Below are positions 1 through 7,901 of a stretch of DNA of 23,679 nt, one piece after another. The first letter of the stretch is position 1. Each line of letters opens with the position of its first letter. The notes under the pieces are model-generated. The model was given only the letters and a program-made list of their open reading frames with translations. It searched no databases and was not told the origin of the DNA. The position numbers and the translations under genes are program-made. Where the stretch lies: the IMG/VR virus record IMGVR_UViG_2671180884_000031; one strand, given 5' to 3'. Source of the stretch: a virus. Its lineage: Duplodnaviria > Heunggongvirae > Uroviricota > Caudoviricetes.

Positions 1-1020
1 ATGAAAAGCATATTAATTGAAAAACCGAATCAACTGGCGATTGTCGAACGTGAAATACCCACCCCGTCAGCGGGTGAAGTACGAGTAAAAGTGAAACTTG
101 CCGGAATTTGTGGTTCAGATAGCCATATTTATCGTGGGCATAATCCTTTTGCGAAATATCCGCGCGTCATTGGACATGAATTCTTTGGCGTCATTGATGC
201 GGTGGGTGACGGCGTGGAAAGCGCCAGAGTCGGTGAACGTGTTGCTGTCGATCCGGTGGTCAGCTGTGGGCATTGCTATCCGTGCTCTATAGGTAAACCG
301 AACGTTTGTACGACACTTGCTGTATTAGGTGTGCACGCTGACGGTGGTTTCAGTGAATATGCCGTGGTTCCGGCAAAAAATGCGTGGAAAATTCCTGAAG
401 CAGTGGCCGATCAATATGCGGTGATGATCGAACCTTTTACCATTGCGGCTAACGTAACCGGACATGGTCAACCGACTGAAAATGATACCGTTCTGGTTTA
501 TGGTGCCGGTCCAATCGGCCTGACGATCGTTCAGGTATTAAAAGGCGTCTATAACGTTAAAAATGTGATTGTTGCCGATCGCATTGATGAACGACTGGAA
601 AAAGCGAAAGAGAGCGGGGCAGACAGGGCGATTAATAACAGCCAGACACCGCTTGGCGAGATTTTCGCTGAAAAAGGCATCAAGCCGACATTAATTATCG
701 ATGCGGCTTGTCATCCTTCTATCCTGAAAGAGGCCGTAACGCTGGCTTCTCCAGCGGCACGTATTGTATTGATGGGCTTCTCCAGTGAACCGTCTGAAGT
801 GATTCAGCAAGGAATTACCGGAAAAGAACTCTCTATTTTCTCTTCACGCTTAAATGCAAATAAATTTCCGGTTGTTATCGACTGGTTAAGTAAAGGGTTA
901 ATTAAACCAGAAAAATTAATTACCCATACGTTTGATTTCCAGCATGTTGCTGATGCCATTAGTTTATTTGAACAGGATCAAAAACATTGCTGCAAAGTCT
1001 TACTCACTTTTTCCGAATAA
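1..1020 (+). CDS. rspB: Zn-dependent alcohol dehydrogenase family protein (starvation-sensing protein RspB)
   Basis: Full 339-aa ORF; GHEFxG and CGxCxxC zinc-ADH motifs and GAGPIG Rossmann motif visible in the translation; matches recalled RspB end to end. Confidence 0.85.
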   Translation: MKSILIEKPNQLAIVEREIPTPSAGEVRVKVKLAGICGSDSHIYRGHNPFAKYPRVIGHEFFGVIDAVGDGVESARVGERVAVDPVVSCGHCYPCSIGKPNVCTTLAVLGVHADGGFSEYAVVPAKNAWKIPEAVADQYAVMIEPFTIAANVTGHGQPTENDTVLVYGAGPIGLTIVQVLKGVYNVKNVIVADRIDERLEKAKESGADRAINNSQTPLGEIFAEKGIKPTLIIDAACHPSILKEAVTLASPAARIVLMGFSSEPSEVIQQGITGKELSIFSSRLNANKFPVVIDWLSKGLIKPEKLITHTFDFQHVADAISLFEQDQKHCCKVLLTFSE

Positions 1021-1077
1021 TACCAATAACGGCGAGTAAGTAGTACGCATCTTACCTCTTTTTTAGAGATAACCATT

Positions 1078-1170
1078 ATGACAATAGAAAAACATGAAAG
1101 AAGCACTAAGGATTTGGTGAAAGCAGCAGTATCGGGATGGCTGGGCACTGCGCTTGAATTTATGGATTTC
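1078..1170 (+). pseudogene. ydfJ: 5' fragment of an MFS transporter gene (ydfJ-like) truncated by the prophage insertion
   Basis: ATG at 1078 encodes MTIEKHERSTKDLVKAAVSGWLGTALEFMDF, a ProP/ShiA-type MFS N-terminus; similarity ends about 1170 and the frame stops at 1188. In K-12, ydfJ is recalled as split by Qin. Confidence 0.45.
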
Positions 1171-1207
1171 AAGAGTCATGCGTGTTAACTATTTGATAAA
1201 TATTAAA

Positions 1208-2488
1208 TTAATTTTTCATTGCTTCGTTATGGGGCATGGTTGGGGCAAACTCGCTTAACTGTGTATTTAACAAAGCTACCTGTGCATTATTGTTTTCAGA
1301 CATCCATTTTCCGTATACCTGAAATACCATTTGCGCATCTGCATGGCCCATCTGGTTTGCTATAAATGCCGGGTTAGCACCAGCTGTCAGCGACCAGCAG
1401 GCATAAGTATGTCTCGACTGATATGATTTTCGATGGCGGAGTCCGGCACGTTTTATCGCTGCGTCCCACATCTGCCTTATTGAGTCAACGGTAAAATGGT
1501 CACCATAATTTTTTACTCTCGCTGACACTTCAGGTTGAAAAACAAAGGTGCATTTTTGTTTTTCTGTTCTGCCATACTCTCTGAGGTGAACATCAATGAT
1601 ATGCTCTTTGCTCAGTCTCGTTAATGTCATCTGACTCCGGAGAGCGTCGATTGCTGGCTTAATAAGATGAATGACCCGATTGGTTCCCGCCTGTGTTTTT
1701 GGTACCGTGAAACGGTCTTTTGCTAAATTTCTCCTGATCATCATTGTTCCATTTTTCAGATCTATGTCCTCCCATCCAAGTGCACACAGCTCACCAGGGC
1801 GAACGCCAGTATAAACAGAAACACACCATAAATTTTTTGCTTGCTGATTTCTGCACGCATCGATAAGACGGATAAATTCTTCCCGCGAAAGAGGATCCGG
1901 AATGGTTCTTGATTCCTTTAATGGCGAGATCCCCTTAAACGGATTATCTGCCAGGTAACCGTTATCAACACCAAACTGGAACACGGCGTTAAGATTTGTC
2001 ATGTAATTATTTACAGTTACAGCCGATCTCCCTGGTTGTGTAACAATATAGTTACTTTTGGGGATCTGGTATCCAGTCAGTAACTCTTTACGAGCCTCCA
2101 GTAATTTTTCTTTATTAATCGATGAGGCAAGATTTTTTTCACCGATTATGCTCAGGATATTTTTGATGACGGCACGGTATGTGTTGAGTGATGTTTTGGC
2201 GACTTCAGTTTCTTTCAGTGCCAGAAATTTTTCAGCCAGTTCTTTTATGGTTAAATCTTGTCGGGCCTCACCAAATTTTTCCAGATTGCGTGAGGAGGGA
2301 AACTGTTTTGCATAGTCGAAAACACCAGTTTTTATTGCGTAACAAACAGAGGAGCGTAGTTCACCTGCAACGCGCCTGTTTTTTGCTGTGTCAGGAACCC
2401 CCAGATTTTCCCTGACTCTTACGCCTTTATAAACAAACCAGATACGTAATTTCCCTCCATGGTTTTCCACGCCTGTCGGATATTTCAT
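1208..2488 (-). CDS. Lambdoid prophage tyrosine integrase, intact (IntR/IntQ-like)
   Basis: ORF 1208..2503; N-terminus KYPTGVENHGGKLRIWF resembles the Rac IntR arm-binding region, and the C-terminus carries RPGEL, HxxRHT and a catalytic Y. Start at 2488 preferred because an AGAGAAG SD-like sequence precedes it; 2503 is the alternative. Confidence 0.8.
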   Translation of the reverse strand: MKYPTGVENHGGKLRIWFVYKGVRVRENLGVPDTAKNRRVAGELRSSVCYAIKTGVFDYAKQFPSSRNLEKFGEARQDLTIKELAEKFLALKETEVAKTSLNTYRAVIKNILSIIGEKNLASSINKEKLLEARKELLTGYQIPKSNYIVTQPGRSAVTVNNYMTNLNAVFQFGVDNGYLADNPFKGISPLKESRTIPDPLSREEFIRLIDACRNQQAKNLWCVSVYTGVRPGELCALGWEDIDLKNGTMMIRRNLAKDRFTVPKTQAGTNRVIHLIKPAIDALRSQMTLTRLSKEHIIDVHLREYGRTEKQKCTFVFQPEVSARVKNYGDHFTVDSIRQMWDAAIKRAGLRHRKSYQSRHTYACWSLTAGANPAFIANQMGHADAQMVFQVYGKWMSENNNAQVALLNTQLSEFAPTMPHNEAMKN

Positions 2489-2522
2489 TTCAACTTCTCT
2501 CATTAGTTAGTGTGGCTTTTAG

Positions 2523-2774
2523 TCAAGTAAGATGACGTCTTGGTCTCGCTGATGCCTGGCGCTCAATCCAGCGATCAATTTCTTCCAGGTTGTAAAAGCA
2601 TGGACTGTTATCCCATGGCATACCGTCATGAGCGACATGCTTATATTCCCTTCCTTCCATAAACGATTTTTCCCGGGCCTTTTTTAACGTACCTTTTTTT
2701 ATTCCTTTCAGCGCAATTAACTGCTCTTCGGATACCCATTTGCCGGGAGAGACAATCATGATTACTTCGCTCAT
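2523..2774 (-). CDS. Excisionase-like small protein
   Basis: 83-aa basic ORF directly upstream of and co-oriented with the integrase; position and size are typical of lambdoid xis. Confidence 0.55.
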   Translation of the reverse strand: MSEVIMIVSPGKWVSEEQLIALKGIKKGTLKKAREKSFMEGREYKHVAHDGMPWDNSPCFYNLEEIDRWIERQASARPRRHLT

Positions 2775-2846
2775 CGATTTCTTTATCTCTTACATCAGAC
2801 GAGCGCCGGTTGCAGAATACCAGTCACAACCGGCGACAGTTGAACA

Positions 2847-5324
2847 TTAAGAATCAGCCTGACTCGGGATCAGTTTTTGCCAGATAACTGAAACGTATTT
2901 TGCCTGGTAACGGGCGTCATCAAGTGCATTATGGCGCTCACCTTCGAATGGAATAGCCGTTCTGGCATCGAAGTCTATGGCTTTCCCCAGCTCAACGATT
3001 GTGCGTACATCGCGATCGTTGTAGTAACGCCACGGGCAGGGGATCCCCTGCCGCTCGTATGAACGGCGCAAAATCGTGTTGTCGAAGTTGGCTCCATTTC
3101 CCCAGACCTGAACAAAAAATTCACCGGAGTTTTCGTCGATAAATTCCCGCAATTGTAACAGTGCATCATCTAACGGGATTTCATCGGTCATAATGGCAGA
3201 TTGCGCTTCGCGTGATTGCTTAAGCCACCATTTAATGGTGTCCCGATCAATGACTCCGCCAGCAGTTTCCAGATCGATAGTCTTACTAAATTCCGGTCCC
3301 ATATCTCCGGTTTGCGGATCGAAAAATATTGCACCTATTGAGATGATCGGGGCATCAGGATTTTTTCCCATGGTTTCAAGGTCGATCATTAGATGGTCAC
3401 ACGTCCTGCTGGTGGATGTGATTTCGTGATGACCGTTCACCTTAATTGAGCGATCTGCCGTCTCGCCAGTTTCATTATCGCTATCGTGATGCTGATTGCC
3501 GCCAGTGTTCTCCTTGTGTGGATGTTCAGCGCCTTCCATTTCCTCCGGATCATCTTCCTGAACTTCAACCTGATACTCTTCATCGAATGTTTCCTGGTAT
3601 GTTGCGTCGCCCATCACCGCGCCACAATCAGGGCAGTTGCCGCCGCCGGTCTGACCGCAGGCGGTGCAGACTTTTTCCACTTCCTGTTGCGCCACTGGTT
3701 CAGGCTGTTTCGTTTCTGGCTCGTTTTGTAACGCATTTGGGCTGTTTTGTTCCGCTTTTTGGTAGTTCCGTTCCGATTCATGCTGGTTCTGGTTCACAGA
3801 ATCGCGGGTCTGGATCCCCTTAACCCATTTCGGATCATTCGGGTCACTAATCCCTTCAACAAATTCACCACGTGATGCAGCAAGCAACTTATCGGCGTCA
3901 GGCTGGCTGATATTGGCTGCCTGCATAATTTTGTTTACTTCGTCAGCGGTAACTTTTATCGGCTCTGGTTGTTCTGAATCTTCAGCGGTATCTACATTTT
4001 GCGGTAAGCCCGTGTATGTGCCATTTTTTCGGGCAAAATATTCTTCTTTTGTGATTTCAGTGGCGCCAGCAGCCAGTGCCTTATCCAGACCAGAAAGTTT
4101 GTTTGCGCGACCGTATTTTTCTCCGTCCTTATCTGCGAAGAGGAAATAGAACGGCCCCTCACGCTCTACAGATGGTTCAGCTTCCGGCGCGGTTTCATTT
4201 TTTGGGATATCAGATACCTCGGTTTCCACTGCATCAGTTTGTGTTTCTGATGACTGGAGAACATCAACAGTGCCCGGGTCTGTTTCTTCATTCTCAAACA
4301 CGCCCTTTGTCGTCAGGTATTCGCAGATATATTTGTTCAGTGCTACGGGATCTTTGTGAATGTCGATCGGACGCTCACGGACAAGGCCAAAAATAGTTTG
4401 GCGGTCGTAGCGAAGGGCATCAGGCTGTTTGCGCATTGATGCCGAGATACGCTTCCAGTCTTCGCGGTCGTTGTCGATAACTTCTTTTTTTGCCCAGCGA
4501 TGGATGCTGCCGTCAATGTTTCCGGCATCCACATCACCAGGCCAGAGAGCGTAGGCCAGTTCGTCATCCAGTGTTTTCCATGTCTGCTTGTATTCGCGAT
4601 GAATGGCAGCAATGACCGGGCTGATTTTTCCTGTTGAATTTTCAGTGTACTGTTGATTGGCTTTGGCGCGGGCGAGATCAACAACAGACGTGTATTTTCC
4701 GGTTTCCTTGCGTTCACCTTCGCGACGTTTTTTCCAGATGCGCATCTCTGCCTGAATTTCGGGCCATTTAGCACCAGGAATACATTTATGCTTAACCCAC
4801 CCAATGGCGTGCAACTTAAGCTCCGGATACATGGCGTTAACTTCTGGCATTTTCATCAACGCTTCAACGATATGTCCGTCGAATGTTGCCATGTCTTCCT
4901 GCAACAATTCCTGTGCGCTAATAACCATATCAACGGTGATGTTTTCACATGTGTCGAACTTAACCATGACAGCGTTCTGTACTTCAGGGGCCAGCTTGTC
5001 AAAAGTGACGTTCATCGGATCGGATTCAGTCTCAACCGGGACAAAAGAAGCAGACTCCTCATCCCAGCGGTTTTCCTGCATATATTCAGCATCCCATGAA
5101 TCGAGGGCAGGGCGGGGTATGCCAGGTTTATCCTCGCAGACAATAAATTTATAAGCGCAGTCCTGAGCAGCCGGATAATGTTCCAGGAACTGCCAGTGAA
5201 ATTTTGCTCGAGCACGGCGTTCGTCGCCAGCTTCAATGGCTGTGGCTACAGCCACAGCCACAGCGCCTTCTTCCCTTGTTGCCAGTTCGTCAGGAATAGC
5301 GGCGCAAATAAAGACTTTACTCAT
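2847..5324 (-). CDS. Prophage exonuclease (RecE/exodeoxyribonuclease VIII-like) with C-terminal DEDDh 3'-5' exonuclease domain
   Basis: 825-aa ORF; the C-terminal ~200 aa carry MIDLETMG (Exo I) and HNALDDARYQAKY (Exo III, H-x4-D); an acidic Q/E-rich middle and a CTACGQTGGGNCPDCG zinc-ribbon-like motif precede it. Sits where K-12 has the ydfE fragment. Confidence 0.6.
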   Translation of the reverse strand: MSKVFICAAIPDELATREEGAVAVAVATAIEAGDERRARAKFHWQFLEHYPAAQDCAYKFIVCEDKPGIPRPALDSWDAEYMQENRWDEESASFVPVETESDPMNVTFDKLAPEVQNAVMVKFDTCENITVDMVISAQELLQEDMATFDGHIVEALMKMPEVNAMYPELKLHAIGWVKHKCIPGAKWPEIQAEMRIWKKRREGERKETGKYTSVVDLARAKANQQYTENSTGKISPVIAAIHREYKQTWKTLDDELAYALWPGDVDAGNIDGSIHRWAKKEVIDNDREDWKRISASMRKQPDALRYDRQTIFGLVRERPIDIHKDPVALNKYICEYLTTKGVFENEETDPGTVDVLQSSETQTDAVETEVSDIPKNETAPEAEPSVEREGPFYFLFADKDGEKYGRANKLSGLDKALAAGATEITKEEYFARKNGTYTGLPQNVDTAEDSEQPEPIKVTADEVNKIMQAANISQPDADKLLAASRGEFVEGISDPNDPKWVKGIQTRDSVNQNQHESERNYQKAEQNSPNALQNEPETKQPEPVAQQEVEKVCTACGQTGGGNCPDCGAVMGDATYQETFDEEYQVEVQEDDPEEMEGAEHPHKENTGGNQHHDSDNETGETADRSIKVNGHHEITSTSRTCDHLMIDLETMGKNPDAPIISIGAIFFDPQTGDMGPEFSKTIDLETAGGVIDRDTIKWWLKQSREAQSAIMTDEIPLDDALLQLREFIDENSGEFFVQVWGNGANFDNTILRRSYERQGIPCPWRYYNDRDVRTIVELGKAIDFDARTAIPFEGERHNALDDARYQAKYVSVIWQKLIPSQADS

Positions 5325-5417
5325 TTTGTTTTAACCTCATGACAGATTTAAGGATGAACAAATCCCTGCCATTGCTGGCATATAAGAATGAAACCGGATA
5401 TTTATTACGGAACTGTT

Positions 5418-5609
5418 TTAAAGACCTGCCGGGATTTCGATATTATCCTGGTGAATAACTTTATCGACCGGGTAACAGTTACCGGGAATTTTCTGTTCGG
5501 TTGCTGCAGTCATACACTCCTGCATTGTCCTGTGAACACTGACTGCAATATCAACTGGCTCTCCGGAAACAAGAAAAACTGTCAGAACAAGCGCAAATGC
5601 TGAATTCAT
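5418..5609 (-). CDS. ydfD: Small lysis/membrane protein YdfD (63 aa)
   Basis: Internal-Met product MNSAFALVLTVFLVSGEPVD... matches recalled YdfD; ATGA start/stop overlap with dicB. Confidence 0.75.
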   Translation of the reverse strand: MNSAFALVLTVFLVSGEPVDIAVSVHRTMQECMTAATEQKIPGNCYPVDKVIHQDNIEIPAGL

Positions 5610-5794
5610 TGTGCACATCCTTTTGGCATCAGACGTAAACGAGCCAGCATTGAAACAATGCATATTTTATTTAATAGCTCCCGTTCTTGTTTTCTCTTGT
5701 TAATGGCATCTTCAGTAAATACAGGGTTACTGATAGTGACACCAATTTCAAAACAACCTTCAGACGTATTAACGTTTGGTAATAACGTTTTCAT
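5606..5794 (-). CDS. dicB: Cell-division inhibitor DicB (62 aa)
   Basis: MKTLLPNVNTSEGCFEIGVTISNPVFTEDAINKRKQERELLNKICIVSMLARLRLMPKGCAQ from ATG at 5794 with a GAGGA SD upstream; matches recalled DicB. Confidence 0.85.
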   Translation of the reverse strand: MKTLLPNVNTSEGCFEIGVTISNPVFTEDAINKRKQERELLNKICIVSMLARLRLMPKGCAQ

Positions 5795-5967
5795 TATCGC
5801 GTCCTCAACAATGAATTTTGTGATGCAGTGCCTGGTGCCTCCAGGTGACGTTAACCAGTTAACAATTAACGCCGGATACAGAGAATCCACCCATAACACT
5901 GTTTTTGGTTTTAACTGTTCCGCGTGCGCTTAGCCGCATTCACCGCATCACAAAATTCACTTTAAAA

Positions 5968-6021
5968 ACGGCGGTAGAGCAGTCACGGAGTAAAACTGAT
6001 ACTGCCAAACGTCACCAGAAA
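5968..6021 (-). ncRNA. dicF: DicF small regulatory RNA (ftsZ-targeting antisense sRNA)
   Basis: Minus strand reads TTTCTGGTGACGTTTGGCAGTATCAGTTTTACTCCGTGACTGCTCTACCGCCGTTTTT, near-identical to recalled K-12 DicF, ending in a GC stem plus T-run; lies ~170 bp upstream of dicB as in K-12. Confidence 0.8.
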
Positions 6022-6052
6022 ATTGATAACAGAGGGCGTTGCAGCGGGGTTG

Positions 6053-6244
6053 TCACTTAAGCGTATGGTCAACCTGACAACTCGGTGTCCTCAACGGGGA
6101 AGGAATAACCCCGCCATACTTACCGCCGCGCCATTTCGCGGGTTGCCACAACCGGAAGCGCACGGTCGAATTAAATTTAACGACACCGTACAGTGAGACG
6201 AACTTCGCCGTGCGCTTTCGTGTTGTGTGCCTGCTTTTAACCAC
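6053..6244 (-). CDS. Hypothetical small basic protein in the ydfC position
   Basis: 63-aa ORF ending ~30 nt upstream of DicF, where K-12 has ydfC; no recognisable sequence features. Confidence 0.2.
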   Translation of the reverse strand: MVKSRHTTRKRTAKFVSLYGVVKFNSTVRFRLWQPAKWRGGKYGGVIPSPLRTPSCQVDHTLK

Positions 6245-6280
6245 GTCAGGCGAGGTGGTATCCTTAAAATCACCACAGTT

Positions 6281-6856
6281 TTAAGGATTCATTAAGCAAT
6301 GTCGCAACCACCAATAAATCCGCTTAAGAACATGAAAATTGATTACTGGTATAAAGCGCTTACAGTTGTTGGCGCTGCGTTGTTTGTCTTTAATGGAACG
6401 TCTTTTTTTGACAGATATCCCGTTGTTCCATTGGGTTTTTTGTCCTCCGGCATCTTTTTTATTGGTTTGGGGGAGTGGATTAATCACCCTCTCAAGGTGA
6501 GATTTATTGGTCCTGGAGTTTGGACTCGTGGATATAATCGTTCTTCGTGCGCACTCGGTATCATCTTCGACATACTTGGTTGTTTCCTGATTGTTACAGG
6601 AGTCGTCAAGTTCTTCTGATGTAAAACCGCAAATGGGGCACGTAACGGGAATTTTGAAAAGCGTTTCTCCGGGTTCCAGAACAAAATTTTCTGCGGTCTG
6701 ATTTTGCTTCTCATATTTGTGCTCCGCGTCATTGTGAGAGCACATTCTTATTCTGAGTGCCTGTTTAAACTCACTGAAGCTGAGAGCTTCTTCGCCTTCG
6801 GCAAGGCCTTCGAAGTATTCTTCGTAAGCCTTTTCCATGATTGTGTCGAAATCCAT
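6281..6856 (-). CDS. YdfB-like protein; 3' extent uncertain (the part at 6281..6619 may be an antisense shadow of the plus-strand membrane ORF)
   Basis: ATG at 6856 sits one nt after the ydfA stop; MDFDTIMEKAYEEYFEGLAEGEEALSFSEFKQAL resembles recalled YdfB (42 aa in K-12), but the frame stays open for 191 codons and includes a CPICGF motif. Confidence 0.35.
   Translation of the reverse strand: MDFDTIMEKAYEEYFEGLAEGEEALSFSEFKQALRIRMCSHNDAEHKYEKQNQTAENFVLEPGETLFKIPVTCPICGFTSEELDDSCNNQETTKYVEDDTECARRTIISTSPNSRTNKSHLERVINPLPQTNKKDAGGQKTQWNNGISVKKRRSIKDKQRSANNCKRFIPVINFHVLKRIYWWLRHCLMNP
6332..6619 (+). CDS. Hypothetical small membrane protein (three predicted TM segments)
   Basis: ORF 6299..6619; from the internal Met: MKIDYWYKALTVVGAALFVFNG...VVPLGFLSSGIFFIGLGEWI...SSCALGIIFDILGCFLIVTGVV. 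Convergent with, and codon-aligned antisense to, the minus-strand ORF 6281..6898, so only one of the two is likely real. Confidence 0.4.
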   Translation: MKIDYWYKALTVVGAALFVFNGTSFFDRYPVVPLGFLSSGIFFIGLGEWINHPLKVRFIGPGVWTRGYNRSSCALGIIFDILGCFLIVTGVVKFF

Positions 6857-6857
6857 A

Positions 6858-7013
6858 TCACTCACCTGAGTTTCTTTCCAGCCAGCGACGGGCACCATTT
6901 TCGGTTTTAAACGTTTTGCTTTTGGTATACGTCATCGCGGTGAACGTGCCGTCCTGGTTGGGGAACACGCCACATACCAGAGATTCGCTGTTGCCAAGAT
7001 CGATAGTATCCAT
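6858..7013 (-). CDS. ydfA: Small prophage protein YdfA (51 aa)
   Basis: MDTIDLGNSESLVCGVFPNQDGTFTAMTYTKSKTFKTENGARRWLERNSGE from ATG at 7013; matches recalled YdfA. Confidence 0.75.
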   Translation of the reverse strand: MDTIDLGNSESLVCGVFPNQDGTFTAMTYTKSKTFKTENGARRWLERNSGE

Positions 7014-7093
7014 GCTGACCTCATTTCCCCTTAACGCCGGGGTGGCGGAACTGTTTGCTGAGAACACCGTGCGGTGTGTTGATGTAAACAAGA

Positions 7094-7107
7094 TTAGCCA
7101 TGACTAA
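7094..7107. promoter_or_regulatory. Candidate DicA operator (TTAG-N6-CTAA palindrome) in the dicB-operon promoter region
   Basis: TTAGCCATGACTAA lies between dicA and ydfA; the same TTAG-N6-CTAA architecture recurs twice in the dicA-dicC intergenic region. Confidence 0.5.
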
Positions 7108-7157
7108 CATATTGGTCAAGTGATTTTGTATGTTATGGCTAACATAATTGATATAAT

Positions 7158-7188
7158 AAAAGATAACTCATTGATGATGTTATCTTTT
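7158..7188 (-). terminator. Candidate intrinsic terminator after dicA
   Basis: Perfect 10-bp inverted repeat AAAAGATAAC / GTTATCTTTT with an 11-nt loop, overlapping the dicA stop codon and followed on the minus strand by an A/T-rich tract. Confidence 0.4.
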
Positions 7189-7587
7189 ATTTGTCCGCTG
7201 ACGGGCTTTTAGTAATTCTTCAAAGAGTTTATTGAAATTTTTTACTCGAGCTCGCATTTCGGCGAGCTGGGTATCCTGTTCTGATTCTGGCAGTGCATTA
7301 AACAGCTCAAGGAGCTCTAGTTCTTTGGGGGCTAAGGCAACCGGCTTCTCAACAGGTGGTGTTGGTTGCTTGTCTTCATCGCCAAATAGAATCCATGTTG
7401 GTGAGCATTGCAATACTTTGCTGAGGGCAAAAAGGTTCTTCCCTGTAGGTTCACTATCATCCCGTTCCCATTGTGATACAGACACATGGGAGATTTTCAG
7501 GGCTTTAGCAAGAGACCTTTGGGTGTGTTTGAGGTTTTTCCGACGATACCTAATGCGTTCGCCGATGGTTAAATTTTTTGTATCCAT
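7180..7587 (-). CDS. dicA: HTH-XRE repressor DicA (135 aa)
   Basis: MDTKNLTIGERIRYRRKNLKHTQRSLAKALKISHVSVSQWERDDSEPTGKNLFALSKVLQCSPTWILFGDE...; XRE-type helix-turn-helix; matches recalled DicA. Confidence 0.85.
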   Translation of the reverse strand: MDTKNLTIGERIRYRRKNLKHTQRSLAKALKISHVSVSQWERDDSEPTGKNLFALSKVLQCSPTWILFGDEDKQPTPPVEKPVALAPKELELLELFNALPESEQDTQLAEMRARVKNFNKLFEELLKARQRTNKR

Positions 7588-7589
7588 AG

Positions 7590-7603
7590 TTAGCTAATGC
7601 TAA
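7590..7603. promoter_or_regulatory. Candidate DicA operator in the dicA-dicC divergent promoter region
   Basis: TTAGCTAATGCTAA (TTAG-N6-CTAA) starts 3 bp upstream of the dicA start codon. Confidence 0.45.
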
Positions 7604-7638
7604 ATCGTATTGACTATGTTTTTGTTAACATCTATTTT

Positions 7639-7654
7639 GTTAGTCATGACTAAC
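7639..7654. promoter_or_regulatory. Candidate DicA operator, perfect 16-bp palindrome
   Basis: GTTAGTCATGACTAAC is its own reverse complement; located 17 bp upstream of dicC. Confidence 0.55.
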
Positions 7655-7670
7655 ATCTAAGGTGTTTTAA

Positions 7671-7901
7671 ATGCTTAAAACTGACGCTCTTTTGTATTTC
7701 GGTTCAAAAACAAAACTTGCACAAGCAGCAGGTATTCGTTTGGCTTCGCTTTATAGCTGGAAAGGGGATTTAGTTCCCGAAGGTCGCGCGATGCGTCTAC
7801 AGGAGGCATCTGGCGGGGAGCTTCAGTATGATCCCAAAGTTTATGACGAATATCGTAAGACGAAGCGGGCGGGGCGGTTGAACAATGAAAATCACTCCTG
7901 A
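7671..7901 (+). CDS. dicC: Cro-like regulator DicC (76 aa)
   Basis: MLKTDALLYFGSKTKLAQAAGIRLASLYSWKGDLVPEGRAMRLQEASGGELQYDPKVYDEYRKTKRAGRL...; divergent from dicA. Confidence 0.8.
   Translation: MLKTDALLYFGSKTKLAQAAGIRLASLYSWKGDLVPEGRAMRLQEASGGELQYDPKVYDEYRKTKRAGRLNNENHS

Noticed and set aside
978-1172. 64-aa minus-strand ORF spanning the rspB 3' end and the attL region
   Set aside because: Antisense to the rspB terminus and to the ydfJ-like fragment; no SD; likely spurious.
2058-2415. Plus-strand ORFs 2058..2315 and 2188..2415
   Set aside because: Antisense within the integrase gene.
3193-5154. Several plus-strand ORFs of 78-148 aa (3193..3429, 3446..3823, 3486..3731, 3913..4149, 4076..4396, 4653..5099, 4804..5154) and minus-strand ORFs 2975..3169, 4343..4804 and 5012..5236
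   Set aside because: All lie inside the 825-aa exonuclease gene in alternative frames or antisense; translations are low-complexity or Arg/Ser/Pro-rich, typical of shadow ORFs.
5606-5899. 97-aa extended form of the dicB ORF
   Set aside because: The N-terminal extension lacks an SD; the internal ATG at 5794 with a GAGGA SD gives the 62-aa DicB.
6091-6276. 61-aa minus-strand ORF overlapping the ydfC-position ORF
   Set aside because: Alternative frame of the same short interval, Arg/Pro-rich; at most one of the two can be real and neither is supported beyond position.
6484-7107. ORFs 6484..6732 (-), 6704..6910 (+) and 6841..7107 (+)
   Set aside because: Overlap the ydfA / ydfB-like genes on the opposite strand or in other frames; no independent support.
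7232-7597. 121-aa plus-strand ORF
   Set aside because: Antisense to dicA; Ser/Arg-rich shadow ORF.
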